The notes below the pieces were generated by a model. That model saw nothing but the letters and a program-made list of their open reading frames with translations, was not told the origin of the DNA and did not search any database. Shown piece after piece: positions 11,803-24,300 of a DNA stretch of 64,000 nucleotides. Position 1 is the stretch's first letter. Each line of letters opens with the position of its first letter. Origin of the DNA: Marsupella aquatica (lineage: Eukaryota > Plantae > Marchantiophyta); contig OZ316896.1 of NCBI GenBank assembly GCA_973895155.1, positions 14,728,684-14,792,683 of the forward strand, in the 5' to 3' direction. The position numbers and the translations under genes are program-made.

Positions 11803-14800
11803 TCTCGCCAAAACGCTGGCAAGCCTACCCGCGCCACCCCCTCCCCCGCTCGCTCCCGTCGTCCGACGTACTACGTGAGCGCTGCTGGTGCGTGCGTCCC
11901 AATCGAAACAATACTACTCTCACACCCGGGAGCACCTTCGACACCACCTACAGTCCTCGTAGCTCCTCCATCAGCTCTCCTCCGCTGTGAGAGCAAACTA
12001 CAGGGCAAAAAGATCGACGAAACATCGACATGTAGGCCCCCAGCGCCTTACCTTGGCTCGTCTCGTCTCCTCGCGTCTCGCCTCGGCCCGCTCCAGGCCG
12101 CCCATTCGAATAGGCGGGGCAGGGCGGGGGCGGGGCGAGGCGGGGGCGCGGCCGCGAAGTGATTTTCAAAAACCTGGAGGTTGGTTATCGTGAAAAGACT
12201 ACTGTAGAGGAGGGATGGAACTGGAAGGAACGAACCAACGAACTGAAGAAAGAAAGACCGAACTGAAAGAAGCGTGTGAGGAAGGGAGGTTTGTCAGAGT
12301 TAGTGCAGCTTTGTCTACAAGGAAGTTAAGTTCTGTTTAGAGGGGAGGGCATTATGGGATATAACAAATGCGTTATTATTACACTTGGTGGCCTGAGAGG
12401 ATTTTATTTGTTCTGAATTTAGTAAAAGTTTAGTAGAATCTTCCCAAAGAGGTTGATCCAGATCTTGATGGGGGCATATTGTGCTCCCAGAATGCCCTGA
12501 AAACATACAAATAGAAACATCACAAAGGGCATTAAGAAAGTGAAATCTGGGACCAAGCAAAGTGAGGGCTCTAGACCATGAGCAGACTAAAGTTTAGTTC
12601 ATGACTGTGCAAAGAGAAACAATGGATGACAACAAAATTAGTTCCTGGATCCCTTATTAATGGAAAGCTTCAGACAACATCAATTCCTTGAACTCCTGAA
12701 AGTCCACCTTCCCATTACCGTCCGCATCGACTCCCTTGATCATCTGCTGACACTTTATAACTATGTCCTTCTTTCATGCCCAGGTTCTTCAACACCATCT
12801 GCACGTAGACGAGGCCCTTATTGAACCCTACTAAGCTTGCTTCTCTTTCGTTTGCTCGTGCCTCATGCGTTGGACAATCTAATAGTAGCGAGAGGCATCA
12901 CCGAGTTAGGAACGGGGTTAGGAACTGCAATGATGACGCCATGGAAAGGAGTGCTGAGTGATCCAACATAGAATCATGTCCACTTCTTCCTGCATGGCAG
13001 CAGAAGGTCAAGAAAATTGTCACAATTGCTTTGTCATCAGATCAACTTGCCAAGAGATTTAGTTATTATTCAATTGAAACACAATTCAGAATGCGGGTGG
13101 GCAGCGGTTACTCAGGGTAAAAAATGGAAGGTGAGCCTCCTACTAATTGAACAGTCTGTTACCTAGGGTAAATAAAACAGTTATTTTTCAAACATTTTTA
13201 CATCAAGGTTTACGGCATGGCGTCCTCAATTTTATCAAAATCATGCCACAGACACGAATGTTGAGGCAATTTTATTTTGTAAACCAATCCGTACCTGTTT
13301 GCAGCGCATCTCGATGACATGGCGCGTTGTGGAGTCTCGAATTTTGGAAGGGACCTCTAGTGGGGTCCGTAAATATCCCAAAATGTGTAGGGTGTAACCC
13401 ATGGCCTTGAGGGGTTATAGCTGTAATAGCCGAGGGCAATGAACCCGAGTGGGTTACAGCCATGGCCCCCAAACAGGCCATGGGGAAGCAAGTGTAAACC
13501 CTGTTGGCTGACATTCTTCTTTCATAGACAGTTTGAAATTTGAGACTTGGCAAGGCTGACTAGGGATGATGAGACCTGAAACCCCCTAGCCAGGCTAGCA
13601 AGAGAGTTATGGCTGGCCCCTCACCTGAAACTACAAAGGAAAAAAACAAAGGAGAGCATAAGTTGTAGCTTTGCTGGATATGGAGGTAGTGCAATGATCT
13701 TTCACGAGTAAAACAGTTTTTTTCACTACAATATATTAAGGAGTACAAATTCTTGATCATAAATGCAGAAGTTCATTAGAAATTGAAGTTATCAGTCAAT
13801 GTAACCATTTGAATTGTCCTTGTATGTATTGCACTTATTGAAGTTGCGGTGTCTTGATAAGTACAAGGGTCTGGAAGAACTGCACTTATTAGTCTGATGA
13901 GTGCAAAGTCCTTATCAGATTGCACTTGCAAATAACTGCATTGTGGTTAATTTACTACAATATCCAATCAATGACAATGTTCTACAAGTGCAAGAAGATG
14001 GCAGTAACCAAGCCCTTGAACTTACCCAGGTCTCACTTTGTCACTAGACATCAAAGTACTTAAGTCTCAAGATTCAATGCCATGGTGTGGCATTTACGTA
14101 TTTTCCCAGGGTTTTACAAGTTCTTCACGAAAAAATATATCTGGAAACTTTTGCCTTTTGCCACATTTCTAGAATATAGTTCTAAATGTGACACTCTTTA
14201 CTCCATAGTTGTTAGTTTGTGGTTTTGAAAAATGTGGGGGATCTTGTGAAGGTCTCTAGGGATGGAACGAATAGAAAGAAAGCAAACAATGTGAGAACGG
14301 GAGGTGTGTGTTTAGTTAGAGCATCCCCACAGGTTGCGCCATTTGCTCGCCACTATTGGGGAGTTTTCAGGGTTGGTGGGGCCCAGGCCATCAGTCCAGC
14401 AATTGCCCTGGACCACTTTGAATTCCCACCCAACACTGGATATCAGGCCGGTAAACCTTGTTAACTGAAAATATAATGAGCTGCAACAGCTTGCAAAATG
14501 TTGTGACTTGTTATCTCTTTTCTCCTCCTCTCTTGGCCAAATATCAGTTCACTTGTATTCCCCATCCTCCGTCCTCAATCTCCGCGTAGAAACGGACTGA
14601 AGAGAAGAGTAGTTGAATCTCAATAACACTCCTTGCCAAACAAATACAGCGATGCAGATGTGTGTGTGTGTCAAATCCATAGAAATGGCCAATTTCAACC
14701 ATTCTGCAGAGTACGTGCAAAAATACTCTCACACATGACAGCAGGGAAAATCACAAACACACAAACAAACACTGTACACGAAGAAGTATAGACAACACAA

Positions 14801-16029
14801 AGATTGAATGGGGGATGGAGAGAACAATGTGCATTGGATTTGCTCAGGAGCTTGAATGTTAATAGTTGATTTTGAATATCGAGGCTGGACTGACCAGGAT
14901 GGTGCCTGCTTGTTGAGCCTAGAATTGGCATGGTGGGGTCCAGTCTTAGCTGGCCTGAAAGACACCAGGACCAATGGCGAGGTATGATGGGGTAATATTT
15001 CAGGGATGGGACTAAACTTTGGTATCAGAATCAGGGCATGCTCGTAGACCCTTTGTTTTCCCTTCCCCCCCCCCTTTATTGGGTTGCGTAACTCCCTTTG
15101 GGATCCTGTTTCTCAATTTGACATTTTTGTTTTTTGGCACTCTGATGTATAGAAGTTTGGCACTCTGATAGAATCCTGACCAAGCCATTAGTTAATTGTG
15201 ATCAGTTGGGATCAGTCTTTGCTCCCTTGCTACGCCAAAGTTTTGAAGACAGTCCTATGGCACTATTGCATGCAAAGGTAGGTTAGGAGAGGTTGGTTGG
15301 CTTTCAACTTGAGGTGCACCTTGAGGGTGGGTAGTCCTGGTGATTTTTGCAACACACTATTGGTGCCTTTGAGTGATCTCCAGGACCTAGTAAATACATT
15401 ACAAAGACAGGGGCTACCAAGTAATGAGGTTAGTGGCAGGACCCCGGGTGAGCCTTGAGGTTGGGTCAGGGTGCTATAGTGGGCAAAGATAGGGTTTTTA
15501 CCAATACCTGTAATGTAAAAACATTAGCTTAGTATTGTATCAAACTACTATACAAGATCCAGAAACAATATTCTCATATTGAGCCACCCAAAAATCCCCA
15601 CATATTTCAGGTTGGACATAGGTAGAGAAAATTTTCATCCTTAGTCAAACACTTAACTATGGTTAGATTAATTAATTATAATTACATAATAACTTTAGAC
15701 CTAAGATTAAATACCTAAGGCATGAAGTGTGGAGGGGGCCAGGCTGGCCTATGGTCAAACACATAACCTAGAGACACATAACCTAAATGAATATGCATTT
15801 GTAGGTAGAACTAGAGAGAAATATAAGCCTAATAGATTTGGATGGGTGGTGTAGCATTTAATATAGTTGTGGAGGCAGGTTTGGAATGACGTAAGTTTGA
15901 TGGTATCCCTATGCAGAATGGTCTGAGCTTCCTGTATTGACTACAAAATTTGGTAGGAAGCACGTTTAAATAAAATTAGATACATTTGATTGATAATTGA
16001 AAAAGTTTAAAGTAAAAAACAAACAAATC

Positions 16030-16126
16030 AATTGGCTTAGGTTAATTGGCTAGGGATTAGCTTGGACCTGAGAGGTCCTAGGTTCAATCCCCCCTTCACA
16101 CAATGGGGTGTGGAGGGTATATGTGT
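16030..16126 (+). mobile_element. tRNA-derived SINE-like head, interrupted downstream by a solo LTR
   Basis: B-box GGTTCAATCC at 16081 preceded by GAGAGGTCCTA, with an A-box-like TGGCTTAGGTTAATTGG upstream; no full cloverleaf. Confidence 0.45.
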
Positions 16127-16485
16127 TGTTGGGTAAAGTGTCAACCAGGATCGACACAAGAGTCATATCAACAATGTGCACGCCAATAACTCATGCACGT
16201 CAACCATGTGACTACACAACATGTAAGTGGTTCACCCAAATGGGCTACGTCCATTGTCGTTGAGGAAATCACTAATGATCAAATCATACATGGTCCACCA
16301 TAGCCTCCTCCGCGGAGCTCTAAGGCGTATCTCCTCTCTAGGTCTTTCACTGAACTCAGAATGAGTGGAACTCTCTAAGGTATTATGCCTACTCGAGTGA
16401 ACCACTCCACAAACTGTGCTAGTGTCTAACTAGAGCTAATGCTAACCACAGTCAACCAAGTACAAGGTAGAGGCAATAACTAACA
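16127..16485. mobile_element. Solo LTR (359 bp), probably Copia-type
   Basis: Begins TGTTGG and ends CTAACA; flanked by a 5-bp target-site duplication TGTGT (16122-16126 and 16486-16490); internal GTGGTTCACCC..GGCTACGTCCA resembles a motif common in plant Copia LTRs. Confidence 0.75.
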
Positions 16486-19400
16486 TGTGTGTGGGTGGGA
16501 TGGGTTTTGTGTGTAGTGGATTGGAGTTCTGATTATCTGCTTGGTCACTGGTTGCCCACTTTGTGGCCCTGATTAATCCTCTCTCCTTCCTGGTGCAGGT
16601 CCCTATCAGATTAGTTGGTGCTCACCCGGGTCTGGGTTCCCTTCAGAAAAGTGTCACATTGGGGTTGGGGGAGTCTAATTGTATTTCCTCCCTTTTCTCT
16701 TCAAGACAAAAAGTAAAAAAAACCCTATACAGTGATAAAGAAGGTATTAAAATATACTCATATATTGAAAATATACCCAAATGTGTGTATCTTATAAATT
16801 AAAATATTAAAAGTGAAATTAACAAGTACTCATATAGTATTTTCTTTATAGAAAATGAAGGTCAGATAGACCTCTAGGTTTGTCAATATACTCAATGGAC
16901 CATTTTTTATTCACAATGTCACAGGGAATATTCCTAGTAATTGGTTGATCCCAGTTGTGTGGTTTCTGTCTATGTCTCATGGGAGCATCATTTTCTTATG
17001 AGTATTTGCATATTTGCTCGTTCTTTATGATTCAAGTGCTCTCTGGTCAAAGTGAAATAAAACATACAGAGAGAAAGAAGATTTGGTCAATTTGTTTAAT
17101 GACCAAATTGCAATTGGGTCAGGGTGAAACTGACTCAGATTTTCCTTCCCTTCATTGGGTTGCTTTGCCGTTGGGATCCTGTCTCCCAGCGTTTCTTTGC
17201 CCTTGGGCAGTGTGATACATAGGTGAGTGTATTGTTTGGAATCTTAAGGTAGTGTGATAAACCCGGGCAATTCTATATAACATACTTCCAAAGAGCAAAA
17301 AGTGTTAAACTAGGAGACAAAGATCCCAATTCCCAAAGGCAGGAGACCTATTAAAGGGAAGAAAACAATGAAAAAACACAAGAAAATCAAAGAGCGTAAA
17401 ATCCCCCTAGAGTCCCACCCCAAATTATAGCCTACTCAGCAATACACTGAAAAGCTTGGTAAAGCTGGGTAATAACCACATTGGAGGGTGACACAAGAAG
17501 AATTTACCTAGAGACCCTAAAACCAACCACCTTTGCCCTCCACAGAACCCTGAATGTGAAATAGGCTAGTGTCGTGTTTTCATCTAATGATGGCTTGCCA
17601 CATTTCTACTCTGTGGCATCTAATGTTTGATCCTCTTTTTGGGTGCATGGAACACGTGCGGACAATGGGAGCCTGACAATGCTAGTCCCAGTGATAGGAA
17701 CTGGGTTGCATGATGGACTCGGGCTCCGGTCCGCTGCGTGCAATCGTTGTAAAAAATAAAATTAATGGAATGAAATAGATCATGAAGGAAGGTTGGTACA
17801 CTCTTGAGCAGTAAACTAGGCTTTTTTTTCTCAGATATTGCACTTTGATTGAGGTCCATTTATGAGGGAGAAAAGGAATTTCATCGTGGGTTGAATCATC
17901 GCCGTAAGCAACAGCGTGAAACAAGAGTACTGTAGTGCTGTAAAACTCCTCAACCCATTCACCGGAGAGCATTTTGAAGATAAATTATTCTCTCCTATCC
18001 CCCTTTTTTATATCCCTACTACAACCACATAAAAAAGGTTATTTCCCCCCACAGAGCGACAATCACACACGACAATTGCCAGATACAATGTGAATAGGGA
18101 CCACATGCACTTTTCTGTCCATGTCCTCTTTACTTCGGTCAGTTATGTGGTCGAAAGTAGCGTAGTTGGGAGTGGGTAGACCTACAGTCGTTTAGGGTTG
18201 CACTAGGGCTCCCTCTACCATAGTTCCATCTTGCAGCGCTATGTGGTGCTCTGTGCTTCATTTCGAGTGGCGGCTGTGACACCAGGTACTGTAATGCAAG
18301 GAAGGTTCGGACTCCCGGAGTCCAGGGTACTTGCGCCCCATGCTCTCACTAAGTACACAATCTATAAAAGCGAACCCTAGCTAATTGCAACGCATCCCAT
18401 TCTGCCTTTTTTCCCCATTCAGCACTTTTTTTAGAAGAGGTCTGCATTGGAAGGCAGTGTCAACCCTCTATGGAGTAAGCTCAGAATTCCTTCCGCGTCT
18501 ATGTATTGATCAATGCATATCATTTTTAATAAAATAAGATTAGCACTTACTAGGTAGGGGGTGGGCTGCACTAGAAGACAGTGCAAAGCCCTCGCATAAT
18601 TTATTCCACACATACGTATTGATCGATGCATATCAATTTTAGTTAGGTAGAGGATCAAATAAGGACGGAAATAGCTAATGCAGACTGACAAATGGCCAAT
18701 TGCACTTTGAGGCTTTGTACACTCTTATTCATAAATGTCAAATTTCATCAAATTTCAAGTTTGTGCATACATGCGGGAGTGCAAAGCCTAGGTTAAGTGC
18801 ATATTGGATGTTTATTCTCGGGAGCGTGCACTTAGAGAGAGCCGACTGTACAGGGCAGGACAATCTCGGAGGTGGAAGGGCTGTACTTTACTTTGACCGC
18901 AACTCTTCTGACAAATTAAAAGCTGATGCACAAGCCACGCAAATACGTATTTAATGCATCGTCAGAAAGTCTTGACCGTCCATCTTCCGTATCGACAGCC
19001 CACATGGGAAGATCCTAGAGAACATTTCCTCATAAGAAGATTCGTCCCCGTGCTCGTTAAAAAGAAGTTGTTTGGACAGGTGTGCCATATAAGTGACCGT
19101 ATGCAGGTTGGTTTTCACCGGGCCCCATAATTGTTCCTGACTGGGACCTCGTGAGTCGTGGCCCTGTCTCAGGACTCAGGCAGTCCTGGATGGCTGGACG
19201 AGCCGCGACGGCGCAGTCATAGGATGACGGCGCCTAGCTTTACACCAGTGTCGTCCAGCATGACGGCCGGTTGCGGACGTGGCGGGCAGCTGTCTGCACA
19301 CAGGTATATGAGGGCCTGACGTATCCGCCCGTCGGCCCGGTCCAATGGTCCATCCACTACTATGCCGTTCGAGTACTGGGCTTTGGGAACACGGGGATGG

Positions 19401-21372
19401 CAGGGAAAATTACCGGGAGGTAAAAGTCTCAACCGAAAGGGACGGGAGCGCAGGGAAAGGGTAGGACGGAAGTGGCGGCTCGAATCGCGGGCCCGTCCTG
19501 CCCTCTCCGTGCTGCGCCGCGCTGTACCCGTTTACAACCCAATCACATGTCCACGAACTAAACTCCCGTGGATTCTAGTCTCCGCTCCCCTGTGGAATGG
19601 TTTCTCCCGGCCCGGCCACCCGTGTCCCTCTTGCGTTGCTCAGTCGAGGACTCCGTTAGATTGCCCGGGCCAGCCCCGTCCCTGCGGTGCGACACCCCGA
19701 GAGTCCAAGACGGGCTCGTGTAAGACCCGCCCTGTAGGTGAGTTTGTCGACCGGATCACCGGAGGGTGCTCCCTGCGGCCTGAGGTTAGAGGACAGTGAA
19801 ACTCAGAACGATGGCGGGGAACCGGTGGGTAAAAGGGGTTTTACGGCTCGCGTGGTTTGATTATTATTTTGATTGATCAGCTTTGCTCTCTCGCTTTTCC
19901 GTCTGGAGTTTCGAGTCTCGACGTCTCGACGTCTCGACTCGACTCCTCCCCCGGCCGAGAGACCAGCATAATAACAATGTCTGTACCGTCTCGCTGCTGC
20001 CGCAAACAATTGCGCGCTCTTTCCAAAGCGAGGCGGGACGGAGAAAAAGGGCAACAACGACGGGAATCGGGATTGTATGATGTTAGATTCCGACCACTGT
20101 AGCCTTGAATTCCTGGGACGCCGAAGAAAGAGAAAGGGAGCGACAGAGAGCAGGCTGTTTGGTGCACGGCTAAGGAAGAGGGAGGAGCGAAAGGGACAGA
20201 GGAGCCACAATCGAATGAAAGCGTAGGCGGTCTGTGCTCTGTTAATCTTTCGTCGTGCGGAGAAGATGTGGTGGTCGGTAGCCCACCCATCCGTAGTGGT
20301 GGTGTCCTGTCTAGCCCTGGATCTCTCCAAGTCGCCAGAGCAACACGGCTGATGATGGTGGTGGACGGGACAGTGTGATTGATTGGTTTTCTCGTGGACA
20401 CAGTGAAGGAGGAGTCCATCGCTGCCCATCAGCATAATTATTGGAAAGTACGTCGGATGATGATGGTCTAGTCCTTAGATGGTGCAACAACAGTAGGACC
20501 AAAATAGAGAAGATCGGGCAGGAACGGGTCCGTAGCGGCTAAGGAAGCGAGGAGGAGTATGTGTTAGGATGGAGGAGGTGAATCCGGACTTACTTGTCAT
20601 TCATGGAGCAGCGAGCACCAGGAGCTGCCTTTCGAATTATTGTTGAGGCGTTTATTCTGTGAAGAGGAATGAACTTTCGCTCCGTGTCTGGGTACTTTCG
20701 TGTCATGAAAGACTTGTGGCGGCGAAAATAGCGGGAGGGGGGGCCGGGAGGGGAGGCGCTCATATTCATTTCCGGAAGGTCTCGACCGAGTGACGAGAGC
20801 GAGGCATCAGGACTTGTGCGCAGTCGGTCAAGTCGTCGGGTTTCCGGAGGTAGGGCAAGAGGTGAGGAGCGTCTCGCGGGAGGGAGGGGGCGGGTTTGAA
20901 GGTAGAGACGAGGAGATGTGACGAAGAAGGATTATACTGACCTGCGTGCGGAAGCTGAATCTTGCTTCTGGGAACATTATTATACCCAGATTGCAAGGCA
21001 GGGATCCTCGCGCTTGAATTTGGCTAATTCTCTGTGCGAAGGAGTCGTATTTTAGGATTGTTGATTGAAATTTCACATGCCGCATTATTTTCCTTTCTGA
21101 CAGGTGGTAATAGTTGGGGTTTTGGGGATGGATGCTGCTGCCCTGCGAACTTCACTCTGTGGCTCAGGCTTTGCAGCCAAGTCCATCGAATCTTTCTTCT
21201 GGCATGTTTGAATTCGAGTTTATTGATGCTTGAAGTTGCGGAACGGAGGATAACTAAAGGCAGGAAGATGTGAATCGTCTAGCTGCATGGTTACTTGGCG
21301 TCCCTAGAATGGAAATTTGCTTCGAGGTGGTATGTGTCTTTTAACTAATCACATAGGAGCAGCCGGTTGAAG

Positions 21373-24300
21373 ATGATGACGGATGGAGAACCTGTTAGAG
21401 GCCGCAGACTCAAGAATCTGGGGTCCTCAGGTTTGGCCGTTGTCCTTGACCACGAAGAGAGTGGGAGCAGTGTGGTGACTGCGACTACATGTATGCTTGA
21501 CGATAACCCTAGTGGCCCGGAGCGGACTCTCGCACATGTGCTAGATGTGTCGAGCAGTGGTGCTGATTCCGTGGTCACTAGCGATAACAAAATTGATGCG
21601 GCCGCTTTCCAACTTCTTCTTCTGTCTCGATTGAATGGACTGCAAGGTGCGGATTTGAATTGTGACGCTGATAGAGAAGGTGTTTTCATTCATGAGGGCC
21701 CTGTTGGCCCCGGTGTGGTCATGATGGACCCGGGCAGTTCCTCTGGCATTATTAAATTCGACAAGCCATGTTTAGTGCTTGAGAGTCAGTCAAGCTTCAA
21801 TAGTGCCCGGGCGAATACCTGCGTTTGGAGTGGGCAGTGGATGTTCGAAGCCACTTTAGGGACGGGTGGCATTCAGCAGATTGGTTGGGCCACCGACGCC
21901 TGCCCATTCACCCAACAGAAAGGCGTGGGAGACGCAATAGATTCGTACGCTTATGACGGCAAGCGTGTAAAGAAATGGAATTTTGAATGTCAATCTTATG
22001 GCCAACAGTGGGTAGCAGGCGACGTCATTGGTTGTTGCATTGACCTTGATGCCGGCCAGATTTCATTCTATAGGAATGGCATATGGTTAGGCATGGCGTT
22101 TGAGGAGGTCCGCAGATTGGAGCCGAAGAAGGGATATTATCCTGCGTTGTCCATGGAGAACAATCAACGCTGTGAGCTCAATTTTGGAGGAAGACCTTTC
22201 AAGTATCCCCTGAGTGGGTTCCCTGCGATTCAGGCTCCTCCGACCGTGCATATAGACAGGGAAGGAGGCAGCGGGCTCGTATCTGCAATTGTCAGAGCAA
22301 AATACCTTTTAGGATGTCTCCAGCGTCTCGTTCAACTAGGAAGCCGGGAAGTGGCTGCCGCAATGGCTCCAGTTGAGAGGTTGAAGAGGTACACGCCTTT
22401 GAATGACGATGAGTCGTTTATCGTTGGCTCAATGATAATGGAATTGCTTCAGCCTCTTCTTTGCACGGTTGTTGGGTCTGACTCTCTAGAAGACGGGGAT
22501 TCGCGTGCAAGCGCCGAGTACATCATTTGGGGAGCGTTAGTGCCCTTCTTAATGGACACCCTCAGATTAGAGGCTCCTCACGATGCTCCTAGCGTTGATC
22601 AGGCATTGGAATTCGTACTTCCCTGCCTGGACTCACTCGGGTTTGAAATTGTCATGGATGCACTTGCCTACGGCTGTAGAACATCTCCGTTCACATTAAC
22701 GGACTACCCATACACCGGTTCTTATGCATACCTGGCTTTGGCGTGCCATTTATTGGAGCGGGAAGACTTCATGAGCTACTGGTGGAAATCTAGTAACTTC
22801 GAGGCTTGTCTAGAGGGTTTACTGACCAGAAAGGGCCCGAACAAGCATGATTTGGAAGCTCTCATGCCCACTGTCTGGTGGCACGGCTCGCGGGAGGATC
22901 TGTGCTCGGAGTCGAAGATGAGGCATGCAGCTTCTGCTTTGGCCAAAGCAATTGCCAAGGTACTCGAGTGTCAAAAGTTCAGTTTTCTTGGGCTTTATTT
23001 GAATACGGTAGGACTGTAAAGGAAGAACGAAATTTGTTGTGTTGGCCTGCCACTTTCTCTCCTTATGAGGAAGCTTATGAGGAAGCTTCTCCCAGGGCTT
23101 CATCACTACGAGCGCATACCAAGCACTGCTATGTTTATAATTATTTGCATACTATGTCACTCACGAGGTTGTTTGGTGCTGACGTTAATCAGGTCGAGGA
23201 GTTACATTGGGAACTATGCCGAACTTTGCTCCACTTCATTCCACCTTCGAACACTGGTGCAGTGACTGCATCTTCATCACAAGTACCCGGGGTTTTGTTC
23301 AGAAAGTTCCTGCGAAGACTCATGTTGAAAAATAGTGGGGCACACAGAAATGTGCCTCCACCAGGTCTTTCAGATAACTCAGTGTTAGTTACTGCCTACT
23401 ATGTACTGCTCCGGTTTCTCTCAGAAGGTCTCGAGGGAAATAAGAACAGTGATACGGGGGAAGCTGGCAAAGAGCAGCAGGATACATGTGCTGGTTTTTT
23501 ACATCGAGTAGGGAAGCGGACATTTCCTGTCAGTCTGTTTCTTAAAGAAACCTCATATTCCTACGATTTTGCGAGGGTTGGGGGAACTTTTAGCCACTTG
23601 ACGAAAACTCTTCCAGTGGCTGGGGAAGACTTTGCCGATGTGGAGTGGGAGGAAAGTAGCATGGATGATGGAGGTAATATAGTCAAGCATGGTGGAAAGT
23701 TCAAACCAGCTTGTTGTTTAGACTTGATGGACAACTCAATCAGCAATGATCTCAAAAGTATCCCTGAGAAGGCTGGCGTCAGCACACACGCCGGTAGCAT
23801 CAGTGAGAGAAGTAATAATATGAGCAATGACTGTGCTGCGAGAAGTTGCAATGGGATTGATGAAGATAAACCTAGTTCTAGTGGAAGGGTGGAGTCAAAT
23901 ATGAGAAGGCGTTCGTCGCATCATCATAGATCTGAAAGGGCTGGATTTAAAGCGATCAAGGATCTCTCCGAAGCCATCAGAGAGGAAGAGCTGTTGGACA
24001 TGCTGGTGCTACTCTACCATCTTGGGCTTGCCTCCAACTTTAAGCAGGTAAGTACCCTGGTCTGATTCTGCGTTTGGAGGTTTGGAGATATTTTGTACCA
24101 GCCCCCGGGACTAAAGTGGGGAACACTTTGGTGCCAGTGAAAGATTTGCTCAGAAGGTTTAATGCTCGAATCCAAATGTGAACTATTTAGTTGCTTTCTG
24201 GAGCAAATAGGTTAGAGAAGATGAAGGTCTGACCCACGAAATGTCAATCCAAGTCTGCCACTAGGAATGCTGGCATAATTTCAGTATCCATGAATCGACT

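Noticed and set aside
11230-12193. Several 100-170 aa ORFs
   Set aside because: They overlap exon 1, intron 1 and the promoter of the HR-lesion gene in shadow frames.
16040-16100. tRNA gene
   Set aside because: A B-box is present but no acceptor stem or complete cloverleaf; treated as SINE-like.
19362-21273. Overlapping ORFs up to 210 aa upstream of RKP
   Set aside because: No motifs; consistent with a GC-rich promoter and long 5' UTR or intron.
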